From NCBI RefSeq assembly GCF_964244235.1, contig NZ_CAXTII010000001.1:2882-66881 (forward strand): a stretch of 64,000 nt of DNA, given 5' to 3'. This DNA comes from an uncultured Sphingomonas sp. (GTDB lineage Bacteria > Pseudomonadota > Alphaproteobacteria > Sphingomonadales > Sphingomonadaceae). The notes below the pieces were generated by a model. It saw only the letters and a program-made list of their open reading frames with translations, did not search any database and had not been told where the DNA came from. Positions 8,425 through 18,684 of this stretch are shown here, piece after piece (the stretch's first letter is position 1; each line of letters begins with the position of its first letter). The translations under genes and the position numbers were made by a program.

Positions 8425-8763
8425 ATGGCAACGCTTGCACCCGAAATCATCCTGACGCCTTCCGCCGCCGCGCGTGTGGCGACGATCGCGGGCAAGCAGG
8501 GCAAACCCGCGATCCTGCGTCTGTCGGTCGATGGCGGCGGCTGTTCGGGATTTCAGTACAAATTCGGGTTTGCCGACGGCATCGCGACCGACGACGCGGT
8601 GGCGGAGACGAACGGCGTCCGGCTGGTCGTCGATAGCGTCAGCCTCGATCTCGTCCGCGGTTGCGCCGTCGATTACGTCGAATCGCTCGGCGGGGCGGCG
8701 TTCAAGGTGGAAAATCCGAACGCCGCGTCGGGCTGCGGCTGCGGCTCCAGCTTCGCGATCTGA
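8425..8763 (+). CDS. erpA: Iron-sulfur cluster insertion protein (HesB/IscA family)
   Basis: 112 aa with GGGCSGFQY and a C-terminal GCGCGSSF. Confidence 0.9.
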   Translation: MATLAPEIILTPSAAARVATIAGKQGKPAILRLSVDGGGCSGFQYKFGFADGIATDDAVAETNGVRLVVDSVSLDLVRGCAVDYVESLGGAAFKVENPNAASGCGCGSSFAI

Positions 8764-8771
8764 CGTTTACG

Positions 8772-9542
8772 TTGAAGATCGTCACGTACAACGTCAACGG
8801 CATCAAGGCGCGGTTGCCGCGGCTCGTCGAATATCTGACCGAGACGCAGCCCGATATCGTCTGTCTGCAGGAATTGAAAGCATCCGACGAGACCTTCCCC
8901 ATCGCCGATATCGAGGCGGCCGGATATGGCGCGGTGTGGCACGGACAGAAGGGATGGAACGGCGTTGCGGTGCTCGCGAAGGGCGCACAGCCTGCCCAGC
9001 GGCAACGGGGGCTCGCCGGCGAGCCGGAGGACGAACATAGCCGTTATCTCGAATGCGATGTCGACGGACTCGTCGTCGCGGCATTGTATCTGCCCAACGG
9101 CAATCCGCAACCGGGACCGAAATTCGATTACAAGCTCCGGTGGATGGACCGACTGGCAGCACGCGCGCGCCTGTTGCTGGCCGAGGAGGTGCCCGCGGTG
9201 CTAGCGGGCGATTACAACGTCATCGCCAATGACGACGACAGCTATTCGGTGCGGGCAATGGCGCAGGATGCGCTGATGCAGCCCGAAAGCCGCGAGGCGT
9301 ATCGCCGCCTGCTGGCGCAGGGCTGGACCGACGCGCTGCGCACCCGGCATCCGGCGGGCGGCGTATGGACATTCTGGGATTACCAGGCGGGTGCCTGGCA
9401 ACGCGACGCGGGGTTTCGCATCGATCATTTGCTGCTCAGCCCGGCGGTTGCGGATCGGTTGATCGATGCGGGTGTCGACAAGCAATATCGTGGGCGCGAA
9501 AAGGCGAGCGATCATGCGCCAACCTGGGTGATGCTGCGATGA
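8772..9542 (+). CDS. xthA: Exodeoxyribonuclease III
   Basis: The motifs are KIVTYNVNGIKARL, CLQELK and SDHAP. The track ORF (8661) over-extends into erpA. I place the start at the in-frame TTG 8772. Confidence 0.88.
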   Translation: MKIVTYNVNGIKARLPRLVEYLTETQPDIVCLQELKASDETFPIADIEAAGYGAVWHGQKGWNGVAVLAKGAQPAQRQRGLAGEPEDEHSRYLECDVDGLVVAALYLPNGNPQPGPKFDYKLRWMDRLAARARLLLAEEVPAVLAGDYNVIANDDDSYSVRAMAQDALMQPESREAYRRLLAQGWTDALRTRHPAGGVWTFWDYQAGAWQRDAGFRIDHLLLSPAVADRLIDAGVDKQYRGREKASDHAPTWVMLR

Positions 9543-10336
9543 AGACGCTTTTTTTCGGGGTGTTGCTGATGGCGGCGGCGACGCCAGCGATGGCCCAGGA
9601 CGAACCGCGTTTCTGCCCGACCCGGCCCAGTCTCGGCGGGTCGAGCTGTACGACCGAGCCGGGGCAGGTCCATTTCGAATTCTCCACGCTCGACTGGCAG
9701 CGCGACGACCGTAGCGACCAGCGCGACGACAGGATCGTCGCTGCCGACCTTCTTGCCCGGATCGGCGTCGGCAAGGATACCGAAGTGCAATTCGGCTGGA
9801 CCGCGTTCGGCCACGATCGCACGCGCGACAAGACGACCGGGCAGATCGATCAGGTCGATGGTACGGGCGATATCAGCTTTGCCGTGCGCGAACATCTGAC
9901 GGGCGAGAAAGGCAAGCCCTTCTCCGCGGGTATCCAGGCGTTCGTGACCGTCCCGACCGGCCGCTACCCGGTGGGAGCAGGCACATGGAGCGCGGGTGGG
10001 ATCATCCCCGTGCAATATAACCTGACCGAAAAGCTGGCGGTCGATTTCACCGCCGAGGCGGACGCCGCCGCGAACCAGTCGGGCGCGGGCCGGCATCTGG
10101 CGTACAGCGGCATCGGCGGGCTGCGGTACAAGCTGACCGACGACGTCTCGCTATACCAGGAATTGTCGGTCGAGCGCGACAACGATCCGTCGGGACATGA
10201 AACGCATCTGCTCGCCGCGTCGTCGATCGCCTGGCGTCCGACGAAGCGGTTCCAGATCGACCTCCTCGGTGCGTTCGGCCTCAACCGCGACACCCCCGAT
10301 GTGCGGGTAATCAGCGGCGGGGCGATCCTGTTCTGA
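9539..10336 (+). CDS. Outer-membrane beta-barrel protein with signal peptide (MetA-pathway/transporter-like)
   Basis: MKTLFFGVLLMAAATPAMAQ is a signal peptide. The body has an alternating beta-strand pattern and ends in ...GGAILF. The ATG overlaps the xthA stop. Confidence 0.6.
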   Translation: MKTLFFGVLLMAAATPAMAQDEPRFCPTRPSLGGSSCTTEPGQVHFEFSTLDWQRDDRSDQRDDRIVAADLLARIGVGKDTEVQFGWTAFGHDRTRDKTTGQIDQVDGTGDISFAVREHLTGEKGKPFSAGIQAFVTVPTGRYPVGAGTWSAGGIIPVQYNLTEKLAVDFTAEADAAANQSGAGRHLAYSGIGGLRYKLTDDVSLYQELSVERDNDPSGHETHLLAASSIAWRPTKRFQIDLLGAFGLNRDTPDVRVISGGAILF

Positions 10337-10364
10337 CAACGGCGCACGGCTGGTCAGCAAGATC

Positions 10365-11519
10365 TCACAGCGTTCGTTCGTATACCAGATACACCTTGTT
10401 GACGCTGCTGCCGATCGTCTCCGCGATCGATCGCATTCCCTGATTGTCTTCCAGGATCCAGCCGATCTCGCTTCGCGTCGCGCCATAATGTTCGACGCAG
10501 GCGCGCTTGATGATATTGATCATCATGAAGGCCAGCTGGCTCGCCAAGCGCGACGATTGCAACTCCTTCACCACGCCCATCAGCGGCACCCGCATCGTGC
10601 GGACCTTTGGCTTGCGCAGCCACCAAAGCAGCTTGGCCCAGCCAAACGGCAACAGATTGCCGTTCAGCGGTTTGATCGCCTCATTCAGGTCGGGCAGCGT
10701 GATCATGAACGCGACGGGCCGCCCGTCCAGTTCGGCGATGCGGATCAGGTCGTTGAACACGATCGGCTTCAGCTTGACGCCGACATCCTTGATCTCGGGC
10801 GGGGTGAGGGGGACGAAGCCCCAATTGTCCGACCACGCATCGTTCAGGATCGCGAGGATGATCGCGGCTTCTTCCTCGAACCTGCGCTTGTCCACTTCGC
10901 GCACGACGATCCGGGGGTTGTTCTCGCCCGACTTGATGATCCGCTTCACGATCGGCGGGAATTCCTTCCGGATGTCGAGATCGTAGGTCATCAGTTCCTT
11001 GACGACGGCGTAACCGGCGCGCTCGATCCAGCCCCGATATTCGGGCTTCGCATGACCCATCAAGATCGTCGGCGGGTGGTCGAAGCCGCTGACCAGCAGG
11101 CCCGGCTCCTCCCAGATCGATTGCGAGATCGGGCCGAGCGCCCGGGTCATGCCTTCCGCACGCAACCAGCTTTCCGCAGCGGCCATCAGCGCGACGAACA
11201 CGTCCTCGCGCTCGGCATCCATCAGCCCCCATTGGCCGACGCCAGGACCGAATCCCTGGCCCGCGGGCATGGTCAGCGCCAGCGTGTCGATATGCGCGGA
11301 GATGCGCCCGACGACCTTGCCCGCTTCCTCGGCCAGGAACAGCTGGACCTTCGCGTGGCTGTACCAGCCGTTCTTCTCGGGGGTGATGAGGCCAAGCGCC
11401 TCCCCCTTCAGCGGCGGCACCCAGTTCGGGTCGTCGGCGTAGAGACGAAATGGCAGGTCGACGAACGCCTTGCGGTCCTTCTTCGTCTCGATCGGCCGGA
11501 TCGTCAGATTGGTCGCCAT
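10365..11519 (-). CDS. 384-aa GNAT-fold N-acyltransferase family protein
   Basis: The start is MATNLTIRPIETKKDRKAFVDLPFRLY, and the C-terminal half looks like an acyl-CoA N-acyltransferase. The track ORF is extended upstream to 11663. Confidence 0.75.
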   Translation of the reverse strand: MATNLTIRPIETKKDRKAFVDLPFRLYADDPNWVPPLKGEALGLITPEKNGWYSHAKVQLFLAEEAGKVVGRISAHIDTLALTMPAGQGFGPGVGQWGLMDAEREDVFVALMAAAESWLRAEGMTRALGPISQSIWEEPGLLVSGFDHPPTILMGHAKPEYRGWIERAGYAVVKELMTYDLDIRKEFPPIVKRIIKSGENNPRIVVREVDKRRFEEEAAIILAILNDAWSDNWGFVPLTPPEIKDVGVKLKPIVFNDLIRIAELDGRPVAFMITLPDLNEAIKPLNGNLLPFGWAKLLWWLRKPKVRTMRVPLMGVVKELQSSRLASQLAFMMINIIKRACVEHYGATRSEIGWILEDNQGMRSIAETIGSSVNKVYLVYERTL

Positions 11520-11632
11520 GTGTGCTGTCCCCCGCGTGTATGCGGTCGATGGTAGCCGGCACGATGGACCAGCGCGAGCAAAAGTCGCATTGTCGACGGG
11601 GTGCATCGCCGCGGTCGATCGCCGGCCTGTAA

Positions 11633-12766
11633 ATGCCATGCTGCCGCCATTATCTTTCGCCAATGCCCGATGCCATGACCAGCTCGCTCCGTATCGATGC
11701 CCGCGCCGCAGCGACGGACGATGCGCGCGTGCCGACGCACCGGATCGCCGACGACAAGGCGATGCTTCGCGTCGCAGCCGATCTGACGCGCGAACTCAAC
11801 CTGCCGTCGCCGCGCATCTACTGGGCCGACCTGATCGCGTCCGTCGCGCTCGGCTATGGCGCACTGGCGGCGGCGATTTTCGTACCATCGACCGGACTGG
11901 CGGTCGTTGCCGGGCTCGTCGCGGTGCTGGCCTTGTACCGCGCGCTCAGCTTCATTCACGAGCTGACGCATATGAAGCATTCGGCGGTACCCGGTTTTCG
12001 CGCAGGCTGGAACGCGCTGGTCGGCGTGCCGATGCTGATCCCGTCGTTCATGTATGAGGGCGTGCACAACCTTCATCACGCGCGCACCCGCTACGGCACC
12101 AGCGAGGATCCCGAATATCTGCCGCTCGCGCTGATGAAGCCGTGGACGTTGCCCGTGTTCATTCTGGTATCTGCGCTTGCCCCGGTCGCGTTGATCGTCC
12201 GCTATGCGGTCCTGATGCCGCTCTCCGCCCTGTCACCGACGCTGCGGACGCTGGTCGTGGAGCGGTATTCCAGCCTGTCGATCAATCCCGCATTCCGCCG
12301 TCGCGCGCCCGAAGGCGAGGCGCGCGGGCAGTGGCTGCGGCTGGAAACGGCATGCGGCATCTGGGCGATCGCGCTGGTGCTTCTGGTCGCGACCGGGACG
12401 ATGCCGCTTGCGACGTTCGTCGTCGTCCTGGGCGTCGCGTCCGGCGTCGCGGTCCTGAACCAGGTGCGCACCCTGGTCGCGCATCTCTGGGAGAACGAGG
12501 GCGAGGTGATGACCGTCACCGCGCAGTATCTGGACACGGTCAACGTGCCGCCGCCGACTCTGCTGCCCGCCTTGTGGGCGCCGGTCGGGCTTCGTTACCA
12601 TGCGCTGCATCATCTGCTGCCGGGGCTGCCCTATCATTCGCTCGGCGAGGCGCATCGGCGTATATCGGCAGCGCTGGACGATCAGTCGCCCTATCACCGC
12701 GCGAGCTATCCCGGACTGCCCGGCCTCGTCCACCGCATCGCGCGCAGCACGATGGGTGCGCGGTAA
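11633..12766 (+). CDS. Membrane fatty-acid desaturase family protein
   Basis: The histidine boxes are HELTHMKH, HNLHHARTRYG and HALHHLLPGLPYH, and there are several TM helices. The start is ambiguous (11633, 11663 or 11675). Confidence 0.82.
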   Translation: MPCCRHYLSPMPDAMTSSLRIDARAAATDDARVPTHRIADDKAMLRVAADLTRELNLPSPRIYWADLIASVALGYGALAAAIFVPSTGLAVVAGLVAVLALYRALSFIHELTHMKHSAVPGFRAGWNALVGVPMLIPSFMYEGVHNLHHARTRYGTSEDPEYLPLALMKPWTLPVFILVSALAPVALIVRYAVLMPLSALSPTLRTLVVERYSSLSINPAFRRRAPEGEARGQWLRLETACGIWAIALVLLVATGTMPLATFVVVLGVASGVAVLNQVRTLVAHLWENEGEVMTVTAQYLDTVNVPPPTLLPALWAPVGLRYHALHHLLPGLPYHSLGEAHRRISAALDDQSPYHRASYPGLPGLVHRIARSTMGAR

Positions 12767-12769
12767 ACG

Positions 12770-13867
12770 CTATTCCTCGCTGCGGATCAGCACCACTTCG
12801 CCGATCATCAGGAACAGCAGGAATGGTGCCCATGCCGCGAGGAACGGTGGGTAGGCACCCAGCGCCCCCATCGCCAACGCGAAATTGTCCGCCACGAAAT
12901 AGGCGAACCCCAGCATCATGCCGATCACGGCACGTACGAACAGCTTGCCCGAGCGCGCCGTGCCGAACGCCGCGATCGCCCCGAGCAGTGGCATCAGGAC
13001 CGAGGACAACGGTCCCGAAAGCTTATGCCATAGCGCACCCTCGAGCGACTTGGTCGGGCGACCCGCCCCCGACAGGTCGCTGATCGCATTCCCCAGCGCG
13101 CCGAACGACAATCCGTCCGCATCGACCGATACGAGCGTGAACTGATCCGGCCGGACGCCGCGGCCGATGACGGTCGCGCCCAGCTTCGTCAGCGTCCCCT
13201 TGGCGACGTCGAACCGGGCCGCCGGTCCGATCAGCCAGCCGTCGCCCTGCCGCCGGCCTTCCGGCGCGCGGACGATGCCGACCATGTTGCCGCCCGTGCG
13301 GTCGTACAGCGTGACGCCGGTCAGCGTCGCATTGTCGCCGCGCCCCCGGATCTGGTCGACCTCGATCAAGTCGTCGCCATCGCGCACCCAGACGTTGGAC
13401 CGGTCGCCGCGGTCGACGGGCAGGGGGCCATAGTCGACATTCTGCCACGCGCTGAGCGTCGCCGTTGCACGCGTGGCGATGCGGTCGTTGAACGAGAAGC
13501 TGAAGATCGCGACGCCCAGGCTGGCGACGAACAGGGGGGCCAGCAGTTGGTGCGCGGATAGACCCGACGCCTTGAGCGCGACGATCTCGCTGTTCTGGTT
13601 CATCGTGAAGAGCGTCAGGATCGTGCCGAGCAGCACCGAATAGGGCAGGAAGGTCGAGATGATCTGCGGCGCGCGTAGCGTGACATAGCGCCATACCTCG
13701 CCCTGGCCGTTGCCGTGCATCGCCAGGATCTTGCCCGACTCGCCGAGCAGCGCGAGCGCCAGCAGGACCAGCACCAGCCCGGCAAGAATGCCGAAGGTCC
13801 GGGTGAGGAACAGCCGCCCCATGTAGACGGCGACGGTGCGCGACGGGAAAAAGCCGAAACTCGTCAT
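12770..13867 (-). CDS. lptG: LPS-export ABC permease LptG family
   Basis: YjgP/YjgQ-type permease. The start MTSFGFFPSRTVAVYMGRLFL overlaps the lptF stop by 4 nt. The track ORF is extended to 14035. Confidence 0.88.
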   Translation of the reverse strand: MTSFGFFPSRTVAVYMGRLFLTRTFGILAGLVLVLLALALLGESGKILAMHGNGQGEVWRYVTLRAPQIISTFLPYSVLLGTILTLFTMNQNSEIVALKASGLSAHQLLAPLFVASLGVAIFSFSFNDRIATRATATLSAWQNVDYGPLPVDRGDRSNVWVRDGDDLIEVDQIRGRGDNATLTGVTLYDRTGGNMVGIVRAPEGRRQGDGWLIGPAARFDVAKGTLTKLGATVIGRGVRPDQFTLVSVDADGLSFGALGNAISDLSGAGRPTKSLEGALWHKLSGPLSSVLMPLLGAIAAFGTARSGKLFVRAVIGMMLGFAYFVADNFALAMGALGAYPPFLAAWAPFLLFLMIGEVVLIRSEE

Positions 13868-15063
13868 GGCGCGACCACCGTTCGCGGGCGGCGGCCGGGC
13901 ATCCGCCGTGTGATCGCACTCGCCAGCTTGGAAAAGCCGCGTTCCAGTGCTCCGATCGGCTGGCCACCGGGAACATAGGCGATCGTGTAATACATCCAGA
14001 ATACCAGGGCGGCGAAGATCGTGAACGGCACCCACAAGGCGATCAGCGGATCGACCTTCCCCAGTTCACCGATACTGGTCGCATATTGGTTGATCTTGAA
14101 GAAGGTCACGATCATCACGATCGCCAGGAACACGCCGAACGCCGAACTGGATCGCTTGGGCGGCACACCGAGCGCAAGCGCGAGCAGCGGCAGCAGAAAC
14201 ATCGTCGCCACCTCGATGACGCGGAAATGGAATTCGGCCCGCACCGAATCGCGCAGCAGGTGAGTCGGTGCGGTGTGTCCCTGTCGCGCGAGTTCGGGCA
14301 GCGTATATTCCAGGTTCGCACCGCCGCGCTGCCGGAAACTTTCGAACTTGGGCAGGTTGATCGGCAGGTCATGCGAAGAGAAAGTAAGCACGCGCGGCGT
14401 CACGAAATCGGCGCGGTTGTGGATCAGCGTGCCGTTGGTCAGGCGGAAGATGATGACGTTGGGGTCGTCGGTTGCGAGAAACTGGCCGCGGTCCGCGGTC
14501 ACGCCGATCCAGTCGCCCTTCGGCGTCTGCGCATGAACGAATATGCCCGACAGCTTGCGGCCCTTGTCGCGGCTTTCCTCGATCCGGATCGTCATCCGGT
14601 CGCCGAGATGGGTGAATTCGCCGACCTTGATCGACGCGCCGAGCGCGCCCGTGCGCAGTTCGAAACGCAGATTTTCGTAATAGTAGCGCGATACCGGTTG
14701 CAGATAGCCGACGATCGCCAGGTTCAGGAGCGCGAGGACGATCGCATACATGTACGGCACGCGCAGCAACCGGGTGTAGCTCATCCCCACGCCGCGCATC
14801 ACGTCCAGTTCGGATGACGTCGCAAGCCGCCGGAACGCCAGCAGGATGCCGAGCAGCAGCCCGATCGGAATGCCCAGCCCCAGATATTCGGGCAGCAGGT
14901 TGGCGAGCATCCGCCATACCACGCTGATCGGGCCACCCTCGGTCGCGACGAACTGGAACAATCGCAGCATGCGGTCGAGCACCAGCAACATCGCGGCAAC
15001 GATCAGCGTCGAGAACAACGGGACCGCGATCAGCCGGGCCATATAGCGATCGATGGATTTCAT
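13864..15063 (-). CDS. lptF: LPS-export ABC permease LptF family
   Basis: 399 aa starting MKSIDRYMARLIAVPLFSTL, with YjgP/YjgQ architecture. Confidence 0.88.
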   Translation of the reverse strand: MKSIDRYMARLIAVPLFSTLIVAAMLLVLDRMLRLFQFVATEGGPISVVWRMLANLLPEYLGLGIPIGLLLGILLAFRRLATSSELDVMRGVGMSYTRLLRVPYMYAIVLALLNLAIVGYLQPVSRYYYENLRFELRTGALGASIKVGEFTHLGDRMTIRIEESRDKGRKLSGIFVHAQTPKGDWIGVTADRGQFLATDDPNVIIFRLTNGTLIHNRADFVTPRVLTFSSHDLPINLPKFESFRQRGGANLEYTLPELARQGHTAPTHLLRDSVRAEFHFRVIEVATMFLLPLLALALGVPPKRSSSAFGVFLAIVMIVTFFKINQYATSIGELGKVDPLIALWVPFTIFAALVFWMYYTIAYVPGGQPIGALERGFSKLASAITRRMPGRRPRTVVAP

Positions 15064-15148
15064 TCGGTTCCCGGACGGACGCGTTGGCGTGCTATAGAGC
15101 GCCGGGGCATAGGCGTCAGCCGATATTCGTGCGCCATGTGCGAAGGGT

Positions 15149-17083
15149 TTATTCGGCGGCGATGTCGATCGAGATTTCCGTGTCGCGATGCGGGGTCACC
15201 GCGTCGATCGCCGCTTCGAGCGCCTGCAGCGTGAACGGCTTTCGCAGTACCTGGTGATCGCCGACCCCGCTTGCTTCGGTATCGCCGGCGAAGCCGGTCA
15301 CGAATATCACGGGCATGTGGGCGAACCGGTCGGGCAGGGCGGCGATCATCTCCGGACCGGTCTGGCGCGGCATCAGCACGTCGGTCAGGATGATGTCGAT
15401 CCTGTGCGTGTCGAGGAGCGCGGTTGCCGTCAGCGGATCGTCGCACGCCACGGCACGGTGACCCAGCTCCTCGAGCGCATCGATCGTCGCGGCAAGAACG
15501 CGCGGATCGTCCTCGACCACCAGGATATCGACCGCACGCGGGGCTGAGGCCGGCGCCGCCGGTTCGGCCACCGCATCCGCCAGCGTTTCGGACAATTCGC
15601 GCGGCAGGTACAATGTGACGGTCGTACCCTGGTCCGGCGCGGTCGCGATCCCGATCTCGCCATCAAGTTGACGGACCAGTGCGAAAATCTGGCTGAGCCC
15701 GAGCCCGGTACCCTTGCCGACGGGTTTGGTCGTGAAAAAGGGTTCGAACACGCGTTCGGCGATATCGGGCGTCATTCCGCAGCCGCTGTCGCCCACCGCG
15801 ATCGTTACATACTCGCCCGCGACGCACTGACCGACCGCATGGCTTGCGAGCGCCGTATGCCCGGTCACGATCGTCAGCGTGCCGCGCCCGTTCATCGCGT
15901 CACGTGCGTTGACCGCCAGGTTCAGGATCGCATTCTCCATCTGGATCCGGTCGGCACAGACGCGCCAGCCATCCGATTGGTCCTCGGTCACCAATTCGAT
16001 CGCGTCGCCAAGCGTGCGGTCCAGCAGATCGATCATGCCGGCCACCAAAGTCGCCGCTACGAGCGGTTCATGTTTGAGCGACTCCTCCCGGCTGAAGGCG
16101 AGCAGGCGGCGGGTCAGCGCGACCGCGCGGTTCGCGCCTTCCGACGCGCTGTCGATGTGCCGGTGCGCTGTTGTCGCATCGCCCTTCAAGCTGCGTCGCG
16201 CGAGCTCGAGACCGCCGAGCACGACCGCGAGCATGTTGTTGAAATCATGCGCGATGCCGCCGGTCAGCTGCCCTACCGCCTCCATCTTCTGAACCTGGCG
16301 CAACTTCGCCTCCTGGGCGCGCAGTTCGTCGGTCGCGCGGGTAACGGCGATCGCCAGTTCCTCCGCGCGCTCCTGCGCTTCGTCGGCGTCCTGGCGTGCG
16401 GTCGCACGCTCGCCCAGCGCCTTGATCGTGAACCATCCCATCGCGATCGCGCCCAGAACGATCAGGCCGCCGAACACCGCCAGCACTTCGGCGATCCCCG
16501 TCGACTGATCGACCGACCGCGCCGCCGCACTCGCGCGCTGTTCCAGCAACACGCGCTCGCGCGCGATGATCTGGTCGAGCGTACGGTTGATCGCGTTGAG
16601 CGATTCCGCTTGCCGGGCCTGATAGTAACGCGAGAGCGCCTGGTTGTTCATCCCGTAATTCGTGCTGAGCGCGGTCAGCGACAATTCCTTGCCGCGCGCG
16701 TCATAGGCGGCGCGCAGGCGATCGATCCTTCCTTGTTGTTCGTTGTTGTCGGCGGTGATCCGGTCGAGCTGGTCGATCTCGTTGCCCGCCTGAACCCACT
16801 CGTCGGAATAGAGCCGCCCCAGCTGCTTGTCGGCGGAAATGACGTAGCGGCCGAGCGATGCCTCCGACCGGGCGATCGTACCCGCCAACGTACGCGACAG
16901 GATCATGACGTTGAAACTGTGCGCCTGTAGTTGCAGCGCGCGGTCGCGCTGCCGGTTCACGTCGCCCAGCGTCACGATCAACGCGACGAGCACCGCCACG
17001 CCCAGCAACGCCATCACGACGAGTGCCGCGATGCGCCAGGTCGATCCGTCCTTCGGGGCTATTGTGTCGCCCTCGTCCCGCAT
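15149..17083 (-). CDS. Hybrid sensor histidine kinase/response regulator with a CHASE3-like periplasmic domain
   Basis: The parts are an N-terminal TM, a CHASE3-like region (LQLQAHSFNVMILSRTLAGTIARSEASLGRYV), the H-box GGIAHDFNNMLAVV, the G-box GKGTGLGLS and a C-terminal receiver (ILVVEDD...ILTDVLMP). Confidence 0.9.
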   Translation of the reverse strand: MRDEGDTIAPKDGSTWRIAALVVMALLGVAVLVALIVTLGDVNRQRDRALQLQAHSFNVMILSRTLAGTIARSEASLGRYVISADKQLGRLYSDEWVQAGNEIDQLDRITADNNEQQGRIDRLRAAYDARGKELSLTALSTNYGMNNQALSRYYQARQAESLNAINRTLDQIIARERVLLEQRASAAARSVDQSTGIAEVLAVFGGLIVLGAIAMGWFTIKALGERATARQDADEAQERAEELAIAVTRATDELRAQEAKLRQVQKMEAVGQLTGGIAHDFNNMLAVVLGGLELARRSLKGDATTAHRHIDSASEGANRAVALTRRLLAFSREESLKHEPLVAATLVAGMIDLLDRTLGDAIELVTEDQSDGWRVCADRIQMENAILNLAVNARDAMNGRGTLTIVTGHTALASHAVGQCVAGEYVTIAVGDSGCGMTPDIAERVFEPFFTTKPVGKGTGLGLSQIFALVRQLDGEIGIATAPDQGTTVTLYLPRELSETLADAVAEPAAPASAPRAVDILVVEDDPRVLAATIDALEELGHRAVACDDPLTATALLDTHRIDIILTDVLMPRQTGPEMIAALPDRFAHMPVIFVTGFAGDTEASGVGDHQVLRKPFTLQALEAAIDAVTPHRDTEISIDIAAE

Positions 17084-17133
17084 GGTCGCAGCTTATCGCA
17101 AGCAGCAACCGTGCGAAAGATGTCGCGCGTGCT

Positions 17134-18396
17134 TTAGCCGATCGCGCCCACGGTCCGCCCCGCATCGCGGAACATCGCCAGCACGCGGTCGAGCTGTACT
17201 GTCGAATGTTCGGCGCAAAGCGAACAGCGCAACAGGTAGGTGCCGGCCGGTGTCGCCGGCGGCCGCGCCATGTTGACGTAGAGCCCGCCCTCCAGCAGCG
17301 CCTGCCACATCGCGATCGCCTGTTTCTGATCCTTCAGGATCACCGCGACGATCGCGCTGTCCGGCTGGTCGGTGCCTAGCGTGAAGCCCATCGCCTTCAG
17401 CCCCCCATGCAGCTGTCGCGCGTTCGCCCAGAGGCGTGCGCGCTTTTCGTTCGCCGTCGCGAGCTTGCGGATCGACGCCGTCGCGGTCGCGACGACCGAG
17501 GGGGGCAGGCTGGCGGTGAAGATATAGGCACGGCAGGCTAGCCGGATCGCCTCGAACTTGGGATGGTTCGACACGCAGAAGCCGCCGACGGTACCGACCG
17601 ATTTGGAAAAAGTGCCAACGATGAAATCGACTTCGCCCTCCAGCCCCTGGGCTTCGTACACGCCGCGGCCGTGATCGCCGAAAAAGCCCATCGAATGCGC
17701 CTCGTCGGACAGCACCATCGCGCCATGCTTCCTGGCCACCGCGACCAGCTCCTTCAGCGGCGCGACGTCGCCGAGCATCGAATAGACGCCTTCCAGCACC
17801 ACCAGCTTGGCGGGCTCCTTCGGCAGGCGGCCGAGCCGCTTGTCGAGATCCTCGACCGAATTGTGCCGGAAGCGTACGATCTCGGCATTGCCCTGCTGGC
17901 AGCCGTCATAGATCGATGCGTGGCTGTCGGCATCGAGGATGACGTACTCGCCCTTGCCCGCGAGCGTCGAGATCATGCCGAGGTTCGCCATATATCCGGT
18001 CGAGAACACGATCGCGCCGCTGACGCCGTAGAAGTCGCGCAGCGCCTGTTCGACTCCGATATGGTCGTGGAAGGTGCCGTTCAGCATCCGGCTGCCGTTG
18101 GTACCCGATCCGAACCTGTCGAGCGCCGCCTTGCCTGCCGCCAGCACGTCGGGATCGAACGTCATGCCCATGTAATTATAGGTGCCGAGAAGGATCGTCT
18201 CGCGGCCTTTGATGATCGCTTGCGTCGGCGACAGCACCTCTTCCATCACGATCGCGAACGGATCGGTGACGCCGGTATCCAGCAGCGCCTGACGTTCCGC
18301 AATCAGGCCGTCGAACTTGCTCATCAGGTCGCGCTCCGGGGCGACCGGCGGCGGATCGAAATCGACGCGCTGGGATTGCAGTCCGGTCCCGGTCAT
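17134..18396 (-). CDS. spt: Serine palmitoyltransferase (alpha-oxoamine synthase family)
   Basis: ERDLMSKFDGLIAERQALLDTGVTDPFAIVMEEV...LLGTYNYMGMTFDP...GSGTNGSRMLNGTF and the PLP lysine motif GTFSKSVG. It is nearly colinear with Sphingomonas paucimobilis SPT as I recall it. The ATG overlaps the acp stop. Confidence 0.9.
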   Translation of the reverse strand: MTGTGLQSQRVDFDPPPVAPERDLMSKFDGLIAERQALLDTGVTDPFAIVMEEVLSPTQAIIKGRETILLGTYNYMGMTFDPDVLAAGKAALDRFGSGTNGSRMLNGTFHDHIGVEQALRDFYGVSGAIVFSTGYMANLGMISTLAGKGEYVILDADSHASIYDGCQQGNAEIVRFRHNSVEDLDKRLGRLPKEPAKLVVLEGVYSMLGDVAPLKELVAVARKHGAMVLSDEAHSMGFFGDHGRGVYEAQGLEGEVDFIVGTFSKSVGTVGGFCVSNHPKFEAIRLACRAYIFTASLPPSVVATATASIRKLATANEKRARLWANARQLHGGLKAMGFTLGTDQPDSAIVAVILKDQKQAIAMWQALLEGGLYVNMARPPATPAGTYLLRCSLCAEHSTVQLDRVLAMFRDAGRTVGAIG

Positions 18397-18644
18397 GCGG
18401 TGGCCTTCAGCTTCGCGACCGCATCGACCAGCTGGCCTACGGTCTCGATCTCGGCCTGCATGTTCATCGTGATGATGATCTCGAACTCGTCCTCTATCGC
18501 GGCGACGAAATCCATGACGGTCAGGCTGTCCCATTCGAGATCGCCCTGGAAGGTGGTCGTGTCGGTGACTGCGGCACCCTTCTTGTTGAACGGCGCGATC
18601 TGCGCGGTGACGGTGTCGACGATGGTCTGGCGGTCGGTCATCAT
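18393..18644 (-). CDS. Dedicated acyl carrier protein
   Basis: 83 aa, MMTDRQTIVDTV...GDLEWDSLTVMDFVAAIEDEF, with the DSL phosphopantetheine site. The track ORF is over-extended to 18983. Confidence 0.85.
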   Translation of the reverse strand: MMTDRQTIVDTVTAQIAPFNKKGAAVTDTTTFQGDLEWDSLTVMDFVAAIEDEFEIIITMNMQAEIETVGQLVDAVAKLKATA

Positions 18645-18684
18645 GCTCGTCCGGATGGCAGCCAAATGCGGCGGGGTTGCGGCG

